64,000 nt of DNA from Desulfomonilia bacterium (GTDB lineage Bacteria; Desulfobacterota; Desulfomonilia; UBA1062). The notes under the pieces are model-generated. The model worked only from the letters and a program-made list of their open reading frames with translations, searched no databases and was not told where the DNA came from. The stretch covers positions 224,001-288,000 of the forward strand of contig JBEKDT010000002.1 of assembly GCA_050014195.1 (NCBI GenBank). The letters are read 5' to 3'. The translations under genes and the position numbers were made by a program. Positions 38,706 through 47,285 of this stretch are shown here, piece after piece (position 1 is the first letter of the stretch; each line of letters begins with the position of its first letter).

Positions 38706-41546
38706 TTAATCCTCAATTCCAATGAGCTTTCCAAACCGCTTAAAAGTGAGTTGTGAGGCCGGGACAATAAACTTGGCTAACGTTGCTTCCTTTTGCTCCC
38801 ATGCCGAAATGATACCTGCATGTATTTTTTTTAATGCAGTTCTAAGATCACCGTTCGAGGCTCCTACAGCTTTGGTTTTTGCTTTATAAAGACCCAATAA
38901 TCGCCTATCCATTTCATTCAATAATGGAAATGTAAGGCCTATCTGAATGGCAGCTTGACATGCTTGAATGAAAATAGGGTTGTTATAAGATTCAGAAAGC
39001 TTAAAGAAGTTTGTTGCCAAGCCAGTTAGGCACATAGCAGCAGTCTTATTTTCAATTGACTTCAATTCTACATTATCAGATAGGGCCACACCGCGAAGCC
39101 AACAAGCTAAGGCATTATTATCACTAACACCTTCAGCAACACCCCATTCAAAAAAGAAGCTTCTCACAGGGCCAACTACGCCATGATCTAAATCTCTGAA
39201 TACTCTAATACTTAACTCAGGATGACCAGCCTCACGCAAAAGTCTCGAAAGATGCACTATTAGACGAGAATCGGTGGGGTCAATTTTAATCAACGCTTGA
39301 TCAAGTCGAATTGCGAGGGCTGTATTGCCCTGCTTCAGAAAATGATCTGACAAAAACTTCCATTTCACAAAGTATGGAAGAAAGAGACCTCTGCAATAAA
39401 ATCGATAGGCTGCTTCAGCAAGTTCAATAAAGATTTCATCAAAATCAACATGAAAAGTTTCAGAAAGTATCTCCACTGCAGTTTCAGCTATTGCTCGATG
39501 ACGAGTATAAATGCGATCTCCGCCAGTTGACGCGGCTGCTTCGTCCCCAAGCGGGCCAGTAATTTTCTTTTTGACATCGCTCATTTTGCAGGTTAATAAC
39601 TCTGCCAAAATTTCTTTTGTTAGAATAAAAAGTTGCTCTGAATGCATGGCAGCAATATAGGCAAAGGCATCCATAAGGGTCTCATTTTTTACATACCTTT
39701 CCTTGAGGCGTAATAAAAGGGCTTTTACATGTGATTTTAGTTCACTCCCCATGCGAACCCGCAACATAGCACCCAAAAATGCACCCTCATCATGATATTT
39801 CTCTTCCTCAGACTTTGATGCATAATATAGTCGAGTAACTGCCTCCTTTAAATCTAAACCGCTCAGGTTTCCTAACCCGTTGCTGCCGAACTGTGCCCAT
39901 CCCTTAATTATCAGTTCTGCATCCTCCAGTGTAATGCCTCTTAATCTTTTTTCAACATATATAACATGCTCTTTCCATTGCCATTCATTCGCTTCAGCGG
40001 CGAGCCAGTCAGAATCTCTACAACATAATATGAACTGAATATCTCTGCGACCAGCTCTACGGAAGGATTTTGCGGTTTCAAAAATGTATTTGGCTATCAA
40101 ATCAGCATCATCCGAAGCTATTAGCCATGTATCTTTATCACTTGAAAGTTGATTAAGAAACCTGTTAGGCCATAAAATGTCACGAGATGGGTTTGAGAGC
40201 CACAGTATTTTCCAGCCAGAACCAGAACCTGCCAAATCAGAAATGGCTTGCAGCAATACTGTGGATTTACCTTCGCCTCCTGCACCCAATATTAATGTGA
40301 CACGTAATTCACCCCTTTTGCGAGCATCATTCAGTTCTGTTTTAAGATCATGAACGATCTTTCGACGTGGGATTTTAGGTGAGAGCGCTTCTCTCCACGA
40401 GGGAATCCGGCCATCAAAAAAGCTCAAAATAGCGTTATCTTCTAAATCGCTGTGCTTTCCGTCTAAAAAAGAGTTGTCGATAAGGAACCACCCTTGGGGT
40501 AAAATTGATACATCCTCTTCCAATGACGTTTTCTTGGGCTTGGCTGTACTCTTATGCGGAACATCTTTTAATGGTAGCACCCAATAATCAGTACCGGGGG
40601 TTCTATATTCGGCTGGATAAGCTAGACCGTCCAGAGCCCATTCCTGATATTCCTTTGACCATTGGAGTGGGTGGACTTTGACATCCCCACTTTCCAGATT
40701 CAGTTGACACCAAAGTAAGCGATTTATCCATTTTTCATTTTCGCGCGCTTGAAATGTAGCGCCTGATTGAATAGTCAAGAATTTGCGGCCTGCACCAAAT
40801 TCTTGATTTCCACTGTTCTTATGAAGATGCCCTTGTATATATATAACATCTTGTTTTCCAAAAATAGAGCGAATGGGCGTTACGTCCTCATCATACCAAT
40901 CTAATGGATGATGACCCAAAACAATTTTAAAATTACAGCTCCCAAGTTTCTTTAGACCCGTTTCAATTAATGCTTTGCCGGGTGTTAGATTATGCCTATC
41001 ATTGTCACCTTCTGACAACCAAGCGGTGTTTATTCCCAAAATTCCAATTTTATAATTGTCTATTTCATGAATGTGATTAAAAAAACCTTCCGTAGATAAG
41101 AGCCAATCAGAGCCTATAGTAAACCATGTATGCATATCTGCGTGAGCATAGCTTTCAAATCTTGGGAACAAGACTTTCCTTTCATGCACCCCTTTCTCGT
41201 TAGGATCGAAAAACTCAGGGATTTCATTTGCGACACCATATCTTTTAGTTGCTCTCGCTTCGTCGCGATCCACATCATGATTCCCCGGAACCATAAATAT
41301 CTTTGTGGAGTCGCCTAAAAGGTCATAGAGGGGAAAGACTAAGCTGTTGCAAAATAATTCGTATTCATTTTTTTTACCTTTATTAGCAATGTCACCGGTG
41401 AAGAAAATCATATCAGGCTTCTGGCCTGACCTTATTTTGCTCTCAATATGTTCAATAATTGATTCAAAAAGCTGTATTTGGCCATATTGATCCTTGCCCG
41501 TATGAAAGTCAGATAGATGAAGCCATTGAAGACTTTTATTTGACAT
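38706..41546 (-). CDS. Metallophosphoesterase + STAND-like P-loop NTPase + TPR-like protein (putative antiphage sensor-effector)
   Basis: LSDFH, TGDIA, GNHD, GHH and GHLH calcineurin-like motifs; Walker A GAGGEGKST; Walker B LIASDDAD; helical C-terminus; AT-richer than neighbours. Confidence 0.8.
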   Translation of the reverse strand: MSNKSLQWLHLSDFHTGKDQYGQIQLFESIIEHIESKIRSGQKPDMIFFTGDIANKGKKNEYELFCNSLVFPLYDLLGDSTKIFMVPGNHDVDRDEARATKRYGVANEIPEFFDPNEKGVHERKVLFPRFESYAHADMHTWFTIGSDWLLSTEGFFNHIHEIDNYKIGILGINTAWLSEGDNDRHNLTPGKALIETGLKKLGSCNFKIVLGHHPLDWYDEDVTPIRSIFGKQDVIYIQGHLHKNSGNQEFGAGRKFLTIQSGATFQARENEKWINRLLWCQLNLESGDVKVHPLQWSKEYQEWALDGLAYPAEYRTPGTDYWVLPLKDVPHKSTAKPKKTSLEEDVSILPQGWFLIDNSFLDGKHSDLEDNAILSFFDGRIPSWREALSPKIPRRKIVHDLKTELNDARKRGELRVTLILGAGGEGKSTVLLQAISDLAGSGSGWKILWLSNPSRDILWPNRFLNQLSSDKDTWLIASDDADLIAKYIFETAKSFRRAGRRDIQFILCCRDSDWLAAEANEWQWKEHVIYVEKRLRGITLEDAELIIKGWAQFGSNGLGNLSGLDLKEAVTRLYYASKSEEEKYHDEGAFLGAMLRVRMGSELKSHVKALLLRLKERYVKNETLMDAFAYIAAMHSEQLFILTKEILAELLTCKMSDVKKKITGPLGDEAAASTGGDRIYTRHRAIAETAVEILSETFHVDFDEIFIELAEAAYRFYCRGLFLPYFVKWKFLSDHFLKQGNTALAIRLDQALIKIDPTDSRLIVHLSRLLREAGHPELSIRVFRDLDHGVVGPVRSFFFEWGVAEGVSDNNALACWLRGVALSDNVELKSIENKTAAMCLTGLATNFFKLSESYNNPIFIQACQAAIQIGLTFPLLNEMDRRLLGLYKAKTKAVGASNGDLRTALKKIHAGIISAWEQKEATLAKFIVPASQLTFKRFGKLIGIED

Positions 41547-42109
41547 AACCACCTCGTTGCTTCTTATTCTTTAATCTATTGCGTCTATCCGTTTATATTC
41601 AGACAACTGTTCATTATCAGACAGATTTGCTTTGCCCATAATATACTGGAAACATTTACAGACAAATTTGCCTTGACCTGTTATCACCTTTAATAACCAT
41701 CCTCATGAAGGATTATCTCATTATGTCAACAATTCAAAAAGAAGAAGCTAAGTTCCAAACTCCGAATACTCATTGTAAGGTGAAAAGTGATGTCGTGGTG
41801 TATGTTTATAAGAATACTATCATGCAATATATAAATTATATCATGAATGGATCGTTAAATCTATAGGTGTTAGAATAGGCCTTAGGCTTGGAGTTCCGAT
41901 AATCTCTTTCGTGTCCTTCGTGGTAGAAACAATAAAAAGCATGTTTCAAAAAGAAGAACCTGAATTACTTGTTAAGTATGAATTATATATAATGCTGTCC
42001 ATGACCAGCTATTTCTTGATGTAGAATCAAAGGTTGATAATTACCTAAGTTAAATAATATATCATAAATTATAAGCTTTATATCAATTCCATATCAGATT
42101 GAATATAAG

Positions 42110-42168
42110 TGCGATTTCTTCTCGGTTCTGAAGTGTCTGAAAACCGAAGATCTTGAGTTGAAACATAC
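42110..42168 (+). repeat. ~59-bp direct repeat, copy 1
   Basis: 30 bp GAAAACCGAAGATCTTGAGTTGAAACATAC identical to 43012-43041; the upstream TGCGATTT part aligns without gaps. Confidence 0.85.
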
Positions 42169-42297
42169 GAAGCCTATCAATTCATACCAAAGGTCAGCTC
42201 AAAGTAGATCATCTCAGGTCAATATGATATTAATATCTTAGTGTCATGATATTTCATCTGTGAACCCCACCAAGACACCATAAAAGGGGGAAAGGCT

Positions 42298-42957
42298 ATG
42301 AAAGTTGGAAAGAAAATTCTTATAGCCATAGGCATCCTGATTATCGTAGGGCTAATCCTGACCATCATCAACAGTCTGCAGAACGGCATTGGCGGATGGG
42401 ATGGCCGATCCGTCGAGAAGATACTTTCGGTTCCACCGGAGAAGGCAACACTAGCGGACATAGAAAAACTTTCGAAGTCCGAGGTAATGCAGCTCTTCTA
42501 TGCAGCTCCCGCACCGGAGTTCACGAGTGTCAATGGAGAGTACAAGGCTAAAGTACTCCCTCTTGGCATAATGGCACCGATTGCTCCTTTTTATACGAAA
42601 TATATACTGGGTCCCGGTGACTGGAAGGGCAAGGCTTTTTATCCTTTTAAAAAAGATAACGGGTGGGGATACAATCTGTGGGAGATAAAGAAAAACGGAC
42701 AACCCAAGATCATCCGAACAGTCAAGATGAAGACCTTCATTGGAAAGTCCCGATTGGATGACAAGGATTCATTCCAGCTTGATTACAGTCCCTTCAACGG
42801 CGGCATCGATTACTTCATGAAAGATGAGGTCCGTCGTATCAATGAAAGGCTATACATCTGCATGGGAATGGTCATAACAGTAGGGCATAAGTGGAATCCT
42901 GCAGCATTCGTTATGTATGATCCGACTCCCTGGGTCGGACCCGATAAAACACAATAG
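42298..42957 (+). CDS. Membrane-anchored hypothetical protein
   Basis: N-terminal TM; 219-aa ORF with purine-rich SD; lies between the direct repeats. Confidence 0.8.
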   Translation: MKVGKKILIAIGILIIVGLILTIINSLQNGIGGWDGRSVEKILSVPPEKATLADIEKLSKSEVMQLFYAAPAPEFTSVNGEYKAKVLPLGIMAPIAPFYTKYILGPGDWKGKAFYPFKKDNGWGYNLWEIKKNGQPKIIRTVKMKTFIGKSRLDDKDSFQLDYSPFNGGIDYFMKDEVRRINERLYICMGMVITVGHKWNPAAFVMYDPTPWVGPDKTQ

Positions 42958-42982
42958 GTGTGCATCCCTTCCTGGAGGGATC

Positions 42983-43041
42983 TGCGATTTATCCTCAGTT
43001 TTAGGATGACAGAAAACCGAAGATCTTGAGTTGAAACATAC
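42983..43041 (+). repeat. ~59-bp direct repeat, copy 2
   Basis: Matches 42110-42168. Confidence 0.85.
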
Positions 43042-43118
43042 CAACAAGGTGCTTTATACCAGAGCCTTACACATGGCACGTTATATATAGCTTATTGATG
43101 AATATCTTTTAATTCATT

Positions 43119-43253
43119 CTATATCTTTTTTACTTCAGCTAACTCTTGCCTTATTTTTAATACATCACTACCAACCTTGTGTTCTGTCGGACCAATAAAC
43201 CATGATGCAACAAATCCTGAAAAGACACCAAATAATCCTACGCCAGCATTCTG
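43119..43253 (-). pseudogene. 3' remnant of a potassium/ion channel gene
   Basis: NAGVGLFGVFSGFVASWF...LKIRQELAEVKKI* resembles the KcsA-type inner helix and C-terminal coil; 5' part absent. Confidence 0.6.
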
Positions 43254-43502
43254 CTAGAGCTCCTTCCCGGTCTGGAAGGCCTGGCCCACCACCTCGCCGA
43301 GCTTGTGATAGGTCTCGGATGATGTCGAATAGATGAGGGGGTCCACCAACATCGGGTCCACCTTCTTTCCCTTCATGCAGTCCTCGCTGACATAAGTCTG
43401 GGTGATCTCACCGACCACAAGGGTATGGCTTCCCAGATCGAGGGTATGGAGCAGCTTGCATTCGAGGCTCACCGGGCACTCGTCGACAAGCGGTATGTGA
43501 GG
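43254..43502 (-). pseudogene. Duplicated 3' fragment of the flavin reductase gene (direct repeat)
   Basis: 43256-43502 matches 55257-55503 (247 bp; offset 12,001); stop is TAG here and TGA in the intact copy. Confidence 0.92.
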
Positions 43503-43617
43503 CCAGGCCACCCAGAAATCAGCCTATCGCTTATTCCGGCCACCCGTCCGCAGTTTCCGCGGCCGCTAATCCACGTTATGCAAAAGGCCACACCTTCCTC
43601 GCCAGCTGGCCTGGCCT
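43500..43617. repeat. 118-bp GC-rich element with 11-bp terminal inverted repeats
   Basis: AGGCCAGGCCA (43500-10) and TGGCCTGGCCT (43607-17); internal 43531-43551 resembles 46960-46980. Confidence 0.5.
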
Positions 43618-43622
43618 TGATC

Positions 43623-44225
43623 TTAATGTGACAACCACGCCAGATATGGAGCTACTGCTGCTAATCCAATAAACAAGAAAACCACAATCGCTGGAATTAA
43701 AAATATTATAGCAGCCTTAATATATGAGAGTTCTTGGATAATTTTCATTGCATAGAGAGATAGCCATATACACCAAATGAAAATCAAATAACCTTCTATA
43801 ATCAGTATGATATGTGGAGTAAATGGATTCAAAACAAATGAGATTAGTTGACAAATCACACCAATTGAGCTTATCGACATGAAAGAAATCGCCAGAGACT
43901 TCTTCCCATCATTTTTTGTCACTGCTTTACATGCCCAAGCTACACTTCCAACAAACAAGAAATACAATATGTAGCCGAAGAACCATCTCGCTTGAGGTAT
44001 ACTTAAAAATGATAAGAGATTATTTGTGCTATTATCAAAAAAAGTTATGTAATTCCTTTTTACCCAAAAACTTTTTAATAAAGAAATTACTGCACCGACC
44101 CCGAAAACAAGGAGAGCTTCATTTTGAAGCTCTCCTTGTTTTACTTTGTTAAAAACTGTACTTGGTTGCAGTATTAAATCCCTCATCATGTACCCGGAAG
44201 ACATAAAAAGGTTTTTGTTGCTCAT
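43623..44225 (-). CDS. Yip1-like multi-TM protein; putative immunity protein 3
   Basis: LILQPSTVF start plus ~5 TM; its ATG overlaps the TGA of the upstream orphan toxin (TGATG); AT-rich. Confidence 0.72.
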   Translation of the reverse strand: MSNKNLFMSSGYMMRDLILQPSTVFNKVKQGELQNEALLVFGVGAVISLLKSFWVKRNYITFFDNSTNNLLSFLSIPQARWFFGYILYFLFVGSVAWACKAVTKNDGKKSLAISFMSISSIGVICQLISFVLNPFTPHIILIIEGYLIFIWCIWLSLYAMKIIQELSYIKAAIIFLIPAIVVFLFIGLAAVAPYLAWLSH

Positions 44226-44793
44226 CAGTAACCTTGCCTCCAATATTTTTCATTCCCGCCTTGTCTCCAACTTTTTTCATTGAGATCATCATAGGTGCGA
44301 TTATTTACCCAAGGATCCCATTGATAATAAATTGGTTCATCGGGGTTATTGATAAGGTCTTTCCCTGGTCCTCTATTTATGAATGGTCTAACATTTTAAT
44401 GTATTTTTCTTTTTGTGCCGTATGCATGTTCTTTATCTTTACAGGGATTATCAGGATCGGGCTGCCATTCCTGTACGACATTTCTTGATAAACCTGTATA
44501 ATCTGCCGGTGAGGAGAAAGGAACTACGGGATCGAGTCCAATTCCGATTTCTCTTCCAATCCAATTCCCTACACCTCTTAACAAATTATTTGTTTTAGGA
44601 TATTCATAGTTGGTAGTCACCCATATCAATCCAAAAGGATCCACCAGATTCACCGGATCATTGAGACAGTACCCATAGAGGTCGGAATCCCCGCCGTTGA
44701 AGAGGATGGGGTCTTTTGCCGTCCAGCGACCGGTGTCCGGGTCGTAATCACGTGCGCCGAAGCGGATAATTCCGGTGTCCCCGTCACACAGCC
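44225..44793 (-). pseudogene. Orphan RHS C-terminal toxin module 2 with internal nonsense codon
   Basis: [21 protein letters not shown]...[10 protein letters not shown] core end, then a unique tip. TAA at 44396-98, but the frame stays open for 56 more codons to TGA 44225. Confidence 0.85.
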
Positions 44794-44808
44794 CGCCTGC
44801 CGCTTCCT

Positions 44809-45198
44809 TTAATCAATTTTTGAGAATGGCCATATGCGTGGAAGGTTTGAATCTGCCCGACTCTTATAAATATGAATAAATAATATTCTTATAGGCCATG
44901 ACAATATAATCCCAATGAATATGAAGATCGCACTTATATTAGGTGTGTTGGGAATATAAATTGACATTACTCCATTCAATAGAGTTAACAATGACATTGT
45001 CAGGCAAATCATAAAGGAGATCTGATCACCAATTTTTAATATTTTTTTGTTTTTGATATTAGCAAACAATAGATTATCTACGTTATAAAACAATTTTATT
45101 GCTCTCCCTTCTCCTTTGAATGTTCCTTCAATGAACATGAGACCAACACATAGAAGAGCAAAAGAGAATAACCCATTCACAAGAAAATAATTTCCCAT
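44809..45198 (-). CDS. Membrane protein; putative immunity protein 2
   Basis: AT-rich, ~3 TM, directly downstream of orphan toxin 1. Confidence 0.72.
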   Translation of the reverse strand: MGNYFLVNGLFSFALLCVGLMFIEGTFKGEGRAIKLFYNVDNLLFANIKNKKILKIGDQISFMICLTMSLLTLLNGVMSIYIPNTPNISAIFIFIGIILSWPIRILFIHIYKSRADSNLPRIWPFSKID

Positions 45199-45262
45199 GG
45201 CACCATCCTTTTCAAAATAAAATTTGTTTCATGATTGTTCGCTTATGCTCTTCTAATTGAGT

Positions 45263-46880
45263 CTACCTTTTATCCATAGTGTGGGGCTTCTCAAGGGGAA
45301 CAGTAAGATTGACAGGGAACCCAAGGCCGGTACCTAAACCAAAACTAACAGCATCAACATATTTAAGAGGATCATACCATGATCTACAAGGATCAAATTC
45401 TTTTCTTAACCCAAATTGAACGCCTCCGTACTTACCAGAACCGAGAGATATAACACTCCCTCCGCTTTGTCTTCCTGTTCCACTAAGATCACTAAAACCT
45501 ATACTAACACCGATATCTGCCCATGTGCCAGCAACAGCTTCTGGAGTGAATCCTTTGTAGCTGTAATCAACCAGTGAGCCGTTTGATACATTATATTCGG
45601 AACTAAAAGATCCACCAACTGCAACGGGGCCTATATTAAAAGGAAGATGCGCTCCGCCACTTGCAGTTACTTGGTATAAGCCCCATGGATCTAATAAGTT
45701 GACCGGATCATTGAGACAGTACCCATAGAGGTCAGTATCACCGCCGTTGAAGAGGATGGGGTCTTTTGCCGCCCATCTGCCGGTGTCCGGATCGTAGTCA
45801 CGGGCGCCGAAACGGATGATTCCGGTGTCCCCATCATAGAGCCCGCCTGCAAATCCAAACGGCATGGTGAAAGAAGGATTCGTGTCATTCACCACATACC
45901 CAAAGGTATCATAATCCACCCTCTTCACCACATTGCCCGCAGTATCCGTCACCAGCCTCAGGCTCCCCACCTGGTCACAGCTCAGGTAGTATCGAGTGCT
46001 GCTGCCGTCGGTCATGGCTACAGGCATCCTGGCGTCTGCATACTCGAAGCGGTATCTGAGGGAGTTGTCTGCGTTGTATACCGCGAGAAGCCTGGTTGAA
46101 CCCTGCCAGAGGTACTTCTCGATGATCGAGCCGTTGACCTTCTTCGTTATCCTCCTCCCCAAAGGATCATAATCATATTCTATCACAGTTCCACCCGGCA
46201 GGTTTACTCTTAATAGCTCGCCCCGGCTTGTGTACGTGTAGGTCGTTGCGGAAGAGCCCTGTGTCTTTGTGTGCAGGAACCCATCCGCATCATATACATA
46301 GGAAGTACCCCCTGCCGTGATCACCTGGTCATCATTGGAATAGCTCAGGGACCTCGATGTGGTGATGTCTTTGTACACATTCATCTCCGAGATCCGGGCT
46401 CCATTATTCCCGTAGCTGTAATCCTCCACCACGCTGTTGTTCAACGTTACGGTGCGCAGCCTGCCCAGCGAGTCGTATGCATAAGTAAACGTGTTCGTGG
46501 TGCTGTTCATGGTCTCGGTCTTTCCTGTTATCCTGCCCGTGTTATCATAGGTGAGGCTCCAGGAATGCCCGCTGCTTCCGGCCAAGAATGACTGGCTTGC
46601 CTGCTCCCCGTAGGTATTGAATGTTCGGCCTATGGTGATAGTCCCGTCGGATACTGTGGTGGGAAGCCCGTTGCCCGCATCACGGGTGATTGCATACACG
46701 CCTGCCTGTTTGAGCAGGCGGTCCTTATCGTAGGTGAGGTTCATGATGCCGCCTGCATAGGTCACTGCGCTCACGTCAAAGTCGTTGTTGTATGTGTAGC
46801 CCAGGCTCTGGCTCAACGAACCGCTCATGGTCTCGGAGCTCAGGAGCGAGCCGTTATAGCCGTAGGAAATCCCCTGTGCT
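45263..46880 (-). CDS. Orphan RHS module 1 (duplicated core plus alternative toxin tip)
   Basis: ~45849-46855 duplicates ~47784-48790 (offset 1935); ends DPVNLLDPWG then a distinct Gly-rich tip; in-frame ATG at 46828 is internal to the core. Confidence 0.88.
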
Positions 46881-47021
46881 TTGCCTGAGCATGTTCAGTT
46901 TTGTTAATATGTCCCACGGGCAAGCCCTTCGGGCTTCGCCCCTGCCACCCATGGTCTCTTTATCCAGGCCACCCGCCCGCGCCAGCGGGCGCGCGTCATA
47001 CAGGCGGTGGTCGTCTTTATT

Positions 47022-47285
47022 TTAATTCGCATCTGACCCCGTTTTCCCGGACCGTCTTCTTGGAATAATTATAATTTCAACTACAAACACTATTACCCAA
47101 AATAAAACATACCAAGTTAATGCATATATCCCAGTAAAATATTTCATGATGAACGGACTATTGGGGAAAATATATCTCAGAAGAAATATAGAGAAAAAAA
47201 TAGCTATTACTATAATAACAGAAATAGCATCAGATACTGTTACCGTTCTCTTTTCTATCTTAGATTTTTTATTTATTAATGGCAT
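47022..47285 (-). CDS. 2-TM protein; putative cognate immunity protein 1
   Basis: Start overlaps the RHS stop; AT-rich; 87 aa. Confidence 0.75.
   Translation of the reverse strand: MPLINKKSKIEKRTVTVSDAISVIIVIAIFFSIFLLRYIFPNSPFIMKYFTGIYALTWYVLFWVIVFVVEIIIIPRRRSGKTGSDAN

Noticed and set aside
42110-43041. Possible CRISPR array (30-bp repeat ending GAAACATAC)
   Set aside because: Only two copies, 873 bp apart, with a gene between them; no cas genes.
43254-43511. 85-aa ORF as a functional flavin reductase
   Set aside because: Lacks the N-terminal ~100 residues; it is the duplicated 3' fragment.
44396-44653. 85-aa ORF as a stand-alone gene
   Set aside because: It is the middle of an orphan RHS pseudogene; the GTG start is a Val of the core motif.
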